The notes under the pieces: model-generated
Database searches by the model: none
Seen by the model: the letters and a program-made list of their open reading frames with translations, nothing else
Told to the model about the DNA's origin: nothing
Translations under genes and position numbers: made by a program
Origin: Abditibacterium sp.
GTDB taxonomy: Bacteria > Armatimonadota > Abditibacteriia > Abditibacteriales > Abditibacteriaceae
NCBI GenBank assembly: GCA_965246885.1
Contig: OZ251992.1
Location: forward strand, 1,248,001 to 1,312,000
Direction of reading: 5' to 3'
DNA: 64,000 nucleotides
In this document: piece by piece, positions 53,959-62,096 of the stretch
Layout: the number at the start of each line of letters is the position of its first letter
Numbering within the stretch: position 1 is the first letter of the stretch

Positions 53959-55986
53959 TTACTCCGGCGTTCCGTTGCGCGCCGAAACGTAGGACGCCAA
54001 GTTGCCCGTAGGCTCGCCGCCCACTTGCAGGCCGATATCGTTGCGGGCCGCGACTTCCTCTTTCTCCGACATGAAGCTGACGATGTGATACGGCACGTTG
54101 ACCACCACTACGCCGGGAATGAAATGGAGCCGCACCGCGAGCGCCAAGCCCGCGCGCCCGTGCAAGAGTTTGGGAAACCAGCCGGTCGGCTCGAATTCGG
54201 GGATGACGACGATGACTAAGCTTTGCGGGTCGCGCGTCCGGAGTTGCTGAACGTGGGTCACGATTGGCTCGACCAAGGTGCGGTAGGGAGAGGGCAGAAC
54301 GGTGAGGGGCATGCCGCGCGAATACAGCATCCAGCGTTGCCGCACGCGGGCTTCGCGCGTCGGGTCAATCGAGACGTGCACGGCCCGCGCTTCGCTCGAC
54401 ATGGAGCGGGCCAGTTGCATCGCGGGTATGATGCCCCGGTGGATGTCCGGCACAAGCAGCAACACGTGGTTGCGCACGCCCTGCGTGGGACGGTAGCCGT
54501 CCATCGAAAGCTGGCGCCGCACGCTCCGGTAATGCGCTTGGATGCGCCCAAAGAGCGCAATGAGAAGCGGAATCAGGATGATGACGACATACGCCCCATC
54601 CTTGAACTTCACCATGCCGAACACGATCATCACCACAAAAGTGCAGAACGCGCCAAAGCCGTTGACGCCCGCCCGCATTTGCCAACCGCGCTCTTTGAGG
54701 CGGCGCCAACGCTGCACCATCCCGGCTTGCGAGAGGGTAAAACTCAGGAAGACGCCGATGGCATACAACGGGATAAGCGCATCAACGGAGCCGCGAAACA
54801 CGCCAATCAAGACGATGGAGAAGAGCGCCAGAACGATAATGCCTCGGTCGAAGACTAACTTGTCGCCGATGTTAGCGAACTGGCGGGGCAGGAACCCGTC
54901 GCGCGCCATGAGCGCCGACAAGCGCGGGAAGTCGGCAAACGAGGTGTTGGCCGCCAATACCAGAATCAGCGCCGTCGCTATCTGGAGGATGGAGTAGAAA
55001 ATCTTGCCCGTTGGCGAGTGCGCCGTGTCAAATACTGAGCGACCCACCTGCGAGATTACCGTTTCGCCAAGCGCGTCCTTGGCACCGGGCAACCCGGCAA
55101 TCGAGGGCAGGGCGTTGATATGCGTGGCCAGAAACGACAGCCCCAAGAACACGCTGCCCAGAATCGAGGCCATCCACAGCATCGTCGTCGCGGCGTTTTT
55201 CGAGGCCGGTTCGCGGAACGCGGGTACGCCGTTGGAAATCGCTTCCACACCCGTCAAGGCCGTGCAACCCGACGCGAACGCATGAAGCAACAGGAACAGC
55301 GTAACCGCCTCCCCATTGACCAAATGGTTCTCGCGTAGCGCGCCCGCTTGGGCAAATTCTTGCGCCGTGTGAACGGGAATTAGCGTGCCCGTCACCAGCT
55401 TATAAAAGCCTACGCCCAGCACGACGTACATCATGGAGACAAAGGCGTAGGTCGGCACGGCAAAAACGGCGCCGCTTTCCTTCAGGCCGCGCAGGTTGAG
55501 CACCGCGATGAACAGCACCGCCGCAATGCACATCCACACCACCTCGGTTTGGCTCAGCATATGCCCACTGTTTTGGAGGAGCGAGGCAATGGCCGCCACG
55601 CCCGCCGCCACCGACACCGAAACGGTCAGGATGTAGTCAATGAGTAAGGCCGCGCCCGCCGCCATCGCCGCCAAGTCGCCGAGGTTCTCGTGCGCCACGA
55701 TGTAGGCGCCGCCACCGGACGGGTAGGCCATCACCGTTTGGCGGTAGCTGGTGGTGACAATGGCCAGCAGAATCACGATGCCCAGCGACAGCCAAGGCGT
55801 CAGTCCAAAGTTCGCCGTGCCCGCCACAAGCAGCGCCGCCATGATTTCTTCGCTTGCATACGCGACCGAGGAAAGCGCGTCCGACGCAAAAACAGGCAGG
55901 GCGATGAGCTTGGTTAGCTTTTGGTGGTCAGCGTGTTCGGTGGCAACGGGCCGACCGATTACCATGCGCCGGAGAGAAAAGGCCAT
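53959..55986 (-). CDS. APC-family permease, KimA/YdaO-like K+ importer
   Basis: LPVFASDALSSVAYA, YPSGGGAY, DYILTVSVS and ALTGVEAISNGV motifs; C-terminal SPYR..VVIPEF. Confidence 0.88.
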   Translation of the reverse strand: MAFSLRRMVIGRPVATEHADHQKLTKLIALPVFASDALSSVAYASEEIMAALLVAGTANFGLTPWLSLGIVILLAIVTTSYRQTVMAYPSGGGAYIVAHENLGDLAAMAAGAALLIDYILTVSVSVAAGVAAIASLLQNSGHMLSQTEVVWMCIAAVLFIAVLNLRGLKESGAVFAVPTYAFVSMMYVVLGVGFYKLVTGTLIPVHTAQEFAQAGALRENHLVNGEAVTLFLLLHAFASGCTALTGVEAISNGVPAFREPASKNAATTMLWMASILGSVFLGLSFLATHINALPSIAGLPGAKDALGETVISQVGRSVFDTAHSPTGKIFYSILQIATALILVLAANTSFADFPRLSALMARDGFLPRQFANIGDKLVFDRGIIVLALFSIVLIGVFRGSVDALIPLYAIGVFLSFTLSQAGMVQRWRRLKERGWQMRAGVNGFGAFCTFVVMIVFGMVKFKDGAYVVIILIPLLIALFGRIQAHYRSVRRQLSMDGYRPTQGVRNHVLLLVPDIHRGIIPAMQLARSMSSEARAVHVSIDPTREARVRQRWMLYSRGMPLTVLPSPYRTLVEPIVTHVQQLRTRDPQSLVIVVIPEFEPTGWFPKLLHGRAGLALAVRLHFIPGVVVVNVPYHIVSFMSEKEEVAARNDIGLQVGGEPTGNLASYVSARNGTPE

Positions 55987-56181
55987 AGAAAGGCGCCCCC
56001 GCAAGGGCGCGAAGAAGAGGGCGCGGCGGGCGAAACATGCTGGAAACCGTTTCGCCCGCTTTTTTGCGCTCCCCCGATATTTTGCAAGGCCGCGCCGTTT
56101 CTGTCCACTGCCTTTTGCCAATGAAAATCCCAAGATATTCCCGCCGCGTCTGCCGAACAGAAATCGCCATCGGCGACGGGA

Positions 56182-56328
56182 TGATAGACCTCTGTCACCG
56201 TTCGACAGACGTGCGTCATCGCTTGGCAGACGTGCGGGAATCACTAACAGACATGCGCCATCGCTCGACAGACGCGTGGGAATCACTGACAGACGTATGG
56301 GAATCGCTGACAGACATCTGTCGTCGCG
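56182..56328. repeat. 21-nt-period quasi-palindromic array (family copy 3, 7 units)
   Basis: Units such as TGACAGACGTATGGGAATCGC and CGACAGACGTGCGTCATCGCT. Ends 8 nt from the lipoprotein stop. Confidence 0.85.
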
Positions 56329-56336
56329 CGGCGGAG

Positions 56337-56939
56337 TTACGGTTTTGGGGTGCCGGTGGTGGTCGGTACGGGGGTGGGGGTGGGCGTCGCCGATAGGACG
56401 ATGGGCGCTTTCAGAACTTGGAGCGCAAGTGTTCCTGTTGTGGGCGCCGCGTCAGTCGGCGAGTAGGTGCTGGATAGCGTGAGAGTTTGGCCGACGTTGA
56501 AGGGGCCGGAAATGACGAAAGTGCGTTGCGGCACGAAGGCGCCGCGCAGGTTGACCGTCGGCGTGCCGTTAATCTGCGACAGCGAGGCGGTGCCAGTCAC
56601 TTGATACGTCGCGGGCGCGGGGATGAAAGCGTCGGGCAAGGCACGGGTTTTGACGGTGCCCGTGACGGCGGCGGAAGTCATCGTGCCCGCCATCGGGCCG
56701 AGAATCTCCACGTAGCCGTAGACCGGCTGCGTGGCGAGGGTGTTGGGGTTATAGGTGACGCTCAGATTGCCGCTCGTCACGCTCGTGGCGCCGTCGAGGA
56801 AGTTGAGGCCCGTCTTGTAATAAACGAGACCCGAACCCGATCCGGAACCCCCGCCGCCACAACCGGGAAGCAAAGCCAAGGCGGGCAAAGCCAAAAGCGC
56901 CGCGCCCGCGAGGGGACGCCAGAAAAAGCGAGAGAACAT
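56337..56939 (-). CDS. Putative lipoprotein
   Basis: MFSRFFWRPLAGAALLALPALALLPGC-GGGGSG lipobox; Thr/Pro-rich. Confidence 0.7.
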   Translation of the reverse strand: MFSRFFWRPLAGAALLALPALALLPGCGGGGSGSGSGLVYYKTGLNFLDGATSVTSGNLSVTYNPNTLATQPVYGYVEILGPMAGTMTSAAVTGTVKTRALPDAFIPAPATYQVTGTASLSQINGTPTVNLRGAFVPQRTFVISGPFNVGQTLTLSSTYSPTDAAPTTGTLALQVLKAPIVLSATPTPTPVPTTTGTPKP

Positions 56940-57083
56940 GGGAAAGCCGGGCACCACGCGCGCCCGATGCGCCCAGTGTGCCATATCGCCGCTTGCTTTT
57001 GAACGGATTTGGCCGCTCCTTCGCCTCTTTTCCTTTTTCGCAGGCTCTAATCCTTTCGCGCCCCAAGTGGCGCCCTTCGCACT

Positions 57084-57626
57084 ATGAACCGCACCCATCT
57101 CGTCGCGGGCGCCTCGCTCGCCCTGTCTGCTCTCGCTTCTCCGCGCGCCGCGCGCGCCCAAACTACCGGTCTTGTGCCCGTTCGCGTTAAAATCGGCGCG
57201 CTTTTGCCCTCGCAAGCCGGAGCCAAACGGCAGTCCGGCTCCGTCATCCCCTCTGCCGAAGTGGACGTGCGCATCCCCGGCTTTTTGGGCGGCTCGACCG
57301 CATCCATCGGCTACCAAGAGCGCGGCAAAAGCGGCGGCAAACTGCGCGTGGTTCCGCTCACCCTGTCCCGCACCTTTTCGCCGCCCAACCCTGCGGGGCG
57401 CGCGACGGGCAACGTGTATGCGGGCATTGGCGCTGGCCCGTATTTCCTGCAAGGCCGCCAAGCCGGAAGCGCATCCAAATCGGTCACGACGCTCGGCGGC
57501 TTCGCGCAAATCGGCTACCAAACGCCTTCCAAGTTCTTCGTCGAGGCCAAGTATCAAATCACCGCCCAGAAAGTCGCGGGCCTCTCGCCCAACGGCTTGC
57601 TCCTCTTCGTCGGCACGACGTTTTAA
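57084..57626 (+). CDS. Small outer-membrane beta-barrel protein
   Basis: Signal peptide, amphipathic strands (VYAGIGAGPY, FFVEAKYQ), C-terminal Phe. Confidence 0.7.
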   Translation: MNRTHLVAGASLALSALASPRAARAQTTGLVPVRVKIGALLPSQAGAKRQSGSVIPSAEVDVRIPGFLGGSTASIGYQERGKSGGKLRVVPLTLSRTFSPPNPAGRATGNVYAGIGAGPYFLQGRQAGSASKSVTTLGGFAQIGYQTPSKFFVEAKYQITAQKVAGLSPNGLLLFVGTTF

Positions 57627-57688
57627 AGATACCTGATGCCGCCCGCGCCGCCTTTTGAACGCGCGGGGCGGCGTTTACACTCTCTCGT

Positions 57689-59020
57689 ATGCTGCTCAAA
57701 CCGGGCGAATCGCTGCAAGGGCGCGATGCCTCTTACGAGATCGTCGAGATTCTGGGCCAAGGCTCCTACGGCACGGTCTTTCGCGCCCGCGACGAGAACG
57801 CCAACTTCGTCGTCGTCAAACAGTTCTTCGATACCGGCTCGGCGTCCAAAGAAGACTTCGCCTATCAACGCAAGCTGTTCTGGCGCGAGGCCGAAATCCT
57901 CTCGCAGATCAACAATCCCAAGATCGTCCGCTTCATCGAACGTTTGCCCGACACCGGGGAGATGCCGCTTGACGGCGATCTGTTCTTGGTCATGGAACTT
58001 GTCCAAGGCCAAACGCTCCGCCGCGTCTTTGACGACTACCGCGCCGCCAACAACAACCAACCTCTGCCACCGGAGAACGTCGCTGCCGTTGGCATCGAGC
58101 TTTGCGAGGCGCTCGATTACCTCCATTCCCTGCCGGGGCAAATCATCTACCGCGATCTCAAGCCCGACAACGTGATGTGGGACAGCGTCGGACAGCGTTG
58201 CAAGCTCATTGACTTCGGGACGGCGCGCTTTACCGACCAGTCTAAACGCGCGACGCAGGGCTTGGGCACCGAGGGCTACGCGCCGCCGGAACTTTATTCG
58301 TCGCGCGCCGAACTTGGCTTTTACACCGACACCTACACCATCGGCGCTCTCTTGTATGAACTGTTGACCGGCGACACGCCCGACCCCAAGGCCACCCCTT
58401 CGCATTTTCGCGGCTTCGACGCACTTATTCCCGCCGCCTTGCAGGAGGTCGTTATCCACAGTTTGCAACTCGACCCGCAAGCGCGATACCCAACGGCAGG
58501 CGCCATGCGCGAGGCGTTGGAAAATACTTCACTTGCCCCCGACGAACCGGCGCTTGAAGCCGTCGGCGCCCCGCGCGCCACCAACTTGCACCCGCTCCTT
58601 TCCTGCTTTTGCCCGAACTGCGGCGCCGTTCCCAAGACCGACAAAGCCATCTACTGCGGCAAGTGTCGCGGCCTGATTCACACCGTCATGCTCCGCGTCC
58701 TGCCGCGCAACGCGCCGCCCGCGCTCTTGTATTTGCAAAAGTCCGAGTCGCTCCTTGGCCGCACCGACCCCGACGGCGGCGTCTTTCCCGACGTAGATTT
58801 AAGCCGTTTCGACGCGGGCCGCTTCGTCTCTCGCCGCCATGCCCAAATCAAGCGTGACGGCGTGAGATTCTTTCTCACCGCTTTCAAAACGCTCAACCCC
58901 ACGCGCGTCGGCGGCTTCGCCGTCGCCCAAGATGCCACCGTCCCTCTCGAAAACGAGGTGCGGCTTGAGTTCGCCGACCTCGTTTGTAACTTCGTCGTGC
59001 GCCCCGTCGTGAACCCGTAG
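57689..59020 (+). CDS. Ser/Thr protein kinase - zinc ribbon - FHA
   Basis: LGQGSYG, VVVKQ, YRDLKPDN, DFG and GYAPPE motifs; CPNC..CGKC; FHA GR...SRRHA...N. Confidence 0.93.
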   Translation: MLLKPGESLQGRDASYEIVEILGQGSYGTVFRARDENANFVVVKQFFDTGSASKEDFAYQRKLFWREAEILSQINNPKIVRFIERLPDTGEMPLDGDLFLVMELVQGQTLRRVFDDYRAANNNQPLPPENVAAVGIELCEALDYLHSLPGQIIYRDLKPDNVMWDSVGQRCKLIDFGTARFTDQSKRATQGLGTEGYAPPELYSSRAELGFYTDTYTIGALLYELLTGDTPDPKATPSHFRGFDALIPAALQEVVIHSLQLDPQARYPTAGAMREALENTSLAPDEPALEAVGAPRATNLHPLLSCFCPNCGAVPKTDKAIYCGKCRGLIHTVMLRVLPRNAPPALLYLQKSESLLGRTDPDGGVFPDVDLSRFDAGRFVSRRHAQIKRDGVRFFLTAFKTLNPTRVGGFAVAQDATVPLENEVRLEFADLVCNFVVRPVVNP

Positions 59021-59036
59021 CGCGTCCGATGAAGAG

Positions 59037-59103
59037 GATTGGAAGGAGGCGGTAGCCCCGCTCCCGTTATTGGCGGGAGCGGGGCTACCGCCTCCTTCCA
59101 ATC
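59037..59103. repeat. Perfect 30-bp inverted repeat, REP/MITE-like (copy A)
   Basis: GATTGGAAGGAGGCGGTAGCCCCGCTCCCG-7 nt-reverse complement. Confidence 0.9.
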
Positions 59104-59137
59104 AATCGCCCCCAAATCGCGCAGCTTACCAAAAATC

Positions 59138-60634
59138 ATGTCTCCTAACTCATCCGAACACCCGCCCGCTACCGTCGCCCCGTCCGACGACACCGCTTCC
59201 ACCCCGCGCGTGGTCAAGCCGCTTGTCGTGGGCGCGTTTTTGAACGGCGAACTGGAAATCGTCGAGGTTCTCGCGCGCGGGCCGGTCAATTTCTACCGCG
59301 CCAACGCGGGCGGGTGGGGCGACAACGAATGGAAATGGGTGTTGGAACGCGCCGCCGTTTCCGAGCAGCCCCTCGCCGCGCCCGCCGATGAGTTTTTCGC
59401 GCCCGCCGAACGCTTCATCGCCGACGAGCGCGAATACGCCGTGTATGACTACGACGTTCGCACGCCGTTTTCCGATTGGCGCGCGCCCGCGAACGACGAC
59501 ACGTTTCTCTCGCTCATTTCGCCCTTGGCGCGTGCCTTGGAATCCTTGGAAAGCGCCGGACTGAGCGCGCACCTTGACCCCGACGCGCTGTGGTTCGAGG
59601 AAGAAGGGTTGCGATTCTTCGGCTTTGTTGACGCGCCCGCCCCGTCCAATGTGGGCGCGCTCGCTTCGCTTGCCGCGCTCAGTTCCACCCTCGCCAAAGC
59701 GCACCTCGCGCCGCGCGCCACGCTGCGCTTGGACGACGTGTGGGCCGCGTTGCCGTTCTCCGTCGAGTTAAAAAGTTGGGCGGGCGCGCTCGAATCGGGC
59801 GCGTTCGCCTCGATTGCCGACGCGCGCGCCGCGCTTGACCGCTTCGCCATGCCCGCGCGGACGGAGATTGCCGTGCAAACCGATGTCGGCTTGGAGCGCG
59901 ACCACAACGAGGACGGCGTTCTCAGTCTGTCGCTCCGACGCGCCGCGCAAAGCGGGGTTTTGGGTGTGGAGCTGCTCGCCGTCGCCGATGGCATGGGCGG
60001 GCACGAGGCGGGCGAAGTCGCGTCCCAAACCGCGCTCGACGCCCTGCAAAGCGCGCTACTTGCGCGGATGGGCACCGACTGGAACGACAACTTCGCGCTC
60101 CTTGGGTTGGGCCGAGACCTCATCGTCGCCGTCAACGCGGCGGTCATTGCCCAAAACGAAGCGCCGCCTTTTGCCGCCATGCGCCAGAAACCGGGCACGA
60201 CTTTGGTGTTCGCGCTTCGCGTCGGGCGCCGCTTATTGGTGGGAAACGTCGGCGACTCCCGCGCTCTCCGATGGAGCGCCGAGCGCGATTTAGAACTGCT
60301 CACGAAAGATCACTCCTACGTCCAAGACCTGTTGGACGCGGGCAAGATTACGCCCGAAGAAGCGTGGGCGCACCCCGACGGCTCCATCATCACCAGTCAC
60401 ATCGGCATGACGCGCGGCCTCTTGTCGGACGTGTTCCTCCATTTAGTCGCGCCGGGCGAGCGCCTGTTCTTGGTTTCCGATGGCGTCGTGGACACCCTGC
60501 GCGACCCGCAAATCGCCGAGGTCGTCCAAACCGCGCCCGACGCCGCGACGCTCTGCCGCTACCTCGTCAACGCCGCGAACGACGCGGGCGGAATCGACAA
60601 TATCTCCGTCGCGGCGCTGTTTTTCGAGGCGTGA
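59138..60634 (+). CDS. PP2C-family phosphatase with an N-terminal pseudokinase-like domain
   Basis: TDVGLERDHNED, VADGMGGHEAGEVAS, NVGDSR, SDG and GGIDNIS motifs. Confidence 0.9.
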   Translation: MSPNSSEHPPATVAPSDDTASTPRVVKPLVVGAFLNGELEIVEVLARGPVNFYRANAGGWGDNEWKWVLERAAVSEQPLAAPADEFFAPAERFIADEREYAVYDYDVRTPFSDWRAPANDDTFLSLISPLARALESLESAGLSAHLDPDALWFEEEGLRFFGFVDAPAPSNVGALASLAALSSTLAKAHLAPRATLRLDDVWAALPFSVELKSWAGALESGAFASIADARAALDRFAMPARTEIAVQTDVGLERDHNEDGVLSLSLRRAAQSGVLGVELLAVADGMGGHEAGEVASQTALDALQSALLARMGTDWNDNFALLGLGRDLIVAVNAAVIAQNEAPPFAAMRQKPGTTLVFALRVGRRLLVGNVGDSRALRWSAERDLELLTKDHSYVQDLLDAGKITPEEAWAHPDGSIITSHIGMTRGLLSDVFLHLVAPGERLFLVSDGVVDTLRDPQIAEVVQTAPDAATLCRYLVNAANDAGGIDNISVAALFFEA

Positions 60635-60684
60635 AGCGACGTTGCGCCACCAATAGGCAAGGAGTTTCCTGCTTCGAGGAAGCC

Positions 60685-60747
60685 GATTGGAAGGGTGCGG
60701 TAGCCCCGCCAATTTGGTCGAAGCGGGGCTACCGCACCCTTCCAATC
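60685..60747. repeat. 25-bp inverted repeat, same family as 59037 (copy B)
   Basis: GATTGGAAGGGTGCGGTAGCCCCGC ... GCGGGGCTACCGCACCCTTCCAATC. Confidence 0.9.
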
Positions 60748-60858
60748 AAATGCACATCTCGCCGGGACTGTGCGTGACGACTTTTCGCCCCACGCGAGGA
60801 GGCCAATCGCCGCATGGCCCGTCAGTTTCACATCCTTTCTTGGAGGGAGTAACACCAA

Positions 60859-60969
60859 GTCCGGTAGTGGGGTGTTCGTTTGGAGTGCGCCCGTGAGGGC
60901 GTGCCGTTTGCGGCTGTGCCCATTCACGCCCTCACGGGCGCACTCCAAACGAATGCCCTACGACCGGAC
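60859..60969. repeat. GTAG-type REP doublet (REPIN-like)
   Basis: 45-bp arms with 4 mismatches. The right arm reads GTAGGGCATTCGTTTGGAGTGCGCCCGTGAGGGCGTG on the minus strand. Confidence 0.75.
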
Positions 60970-60981
60970 AGTGAGTAACAA

Positions 60982-61318
60982 ATGAACAAACACCTCGGAA
61001 CAACACCCCTGCACGACGACGCTCCCGAAGATTGGGAGCGTATCCTTAAACGCGCCGCTATCGTGCAACACTTGCGCGCGTTGGATGCATCGGGCGCAAG
61101 CGCATCTCCCGGCGCGACGCCGCTTCGCAATCCAACGCTCGAAGACAGGGCGTGAATGCTCAAACGCGCCGCCATCGTTCAACGCACGCGCGCATTGGAA
61201 GAAGCGCTGGCCGCTTCCTCCACTCCCACCCCTGCTTGACGCGCAAGAGGCCTTCGACCAATACAACGCGGCGGGCGGGGAAAGTTGGGTCAGGCGGGAC
61301 GTTTTCGAGGGTTTGTGA
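60982..61318 (+). pseudogene. Degraded small-protein remnant with internal duplication
   Basis: EDWERILKRAAIVQHLRAL repeated as EDRA*MLKRAAIVQRTRAL in the same frame, followed by a frame-shifted tail. Confidence 0.4.
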
Positions 61319-61408
61319 CCAAAAGAAGCGAAGACCCTATGGCCAAATAGGAGCCGCGCCCCAAAGTCGCGGACGACGGCGACGGTTTAGTGCGCGCTCC
61401 TCTGTGAA

Positions 61409-61543
61409 CCCGGCGAATCCATTCACCCCCAGAGAAAGGTCTGCCCTGATTCCATCGGGCGCCCAGCCTTCGCGGACACAGAGGCAGTTCGTCGCGGCAA
61501 CGAAGGTTGACGCTTTTCTCTGACCGCGAATGGATTCGCCGGG
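61409..61543. repeat. MITE-like element with terminal inverted repeats
   Basis: CCCGGCGAATCCATTC-N5-CAGAGAAA ... TTTCTCTG-N5-GAATGGATTCGCCGGG. Confidence 0.65.
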
Positions 61544-61742
61544 GTAGTGCAGGCTTGCAGCGCGCCCGTTGCTCTTGTGAATGTGACTGCCGTGCCATTT
61601 CGTGCGCCTTTTACGCTGTTTCGCGCGCCCTTTATGCCGTTCAGAAAGCCCGAAATGCACTTTAGAGAGGATTTTCCGCTTTTTAGCGTGCCCATCGGAG
61701 CATTTGTCGCGGCACTCGACCCTTTTATCGTCACTGATAGCC

Positions 61743-61993
61743 GCCGAGGGAGGAAAACAAAAGGCCGGGGTCAAAAACAATACGCCGGGGGCAAGAAACA
61801 AGAGGTCGTGGGAAAGAAAAAATACGCCGGGGGAGCAAAACAAAGGGCCGGGGACATGCTACAAGGCGCCGGGGACGTGCTAAACGGGGCCGGGGGAGCA
61901 AAACAAGGCGCCGGGGACGTGCTAAACGGAGCCGGGGACGTGCTAAACGAGGCCGGGGGAGCAAAACAAAGGGCCGGGGACATACTGCAAACC
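61743..61993. repeat. 21-bp tandem repeat, 12 units
   Basis: GCCGGGGGAGCAAAACAAAGG and GCCGGGGACGTGCTAAACGGG unit types; one unit is 20 nt. Confidence 0.9.
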
Positions 61994-62096
61994 TCCGATG
62001 CTCGTTTGAGAATGGGAAAAGTCGTGCGAAAAAGCGGCTCGCCCGTCCGCAAAGCGCGCGCGGAACGAAAACTGCGAACGCGCCACACTACTATCA

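Noticed and set aside
55987..56180. c-di-AMP (ydaO) riboswitch upstream of the KimA-like gene
   Set aside because: Only a GC hairpin (GCGGGCGAAAC...GTTTCGCCCGC) is visible and I could not find the conserved aptamer segments. An Infernal/Rfam scan would be decisive.
35198..61993. 21-bp arrays as CRISPR arrays
   Set aside because: No unique 25-45 nt spacers, the units are degenerate and contiguous, and there are no cas genes in the window.
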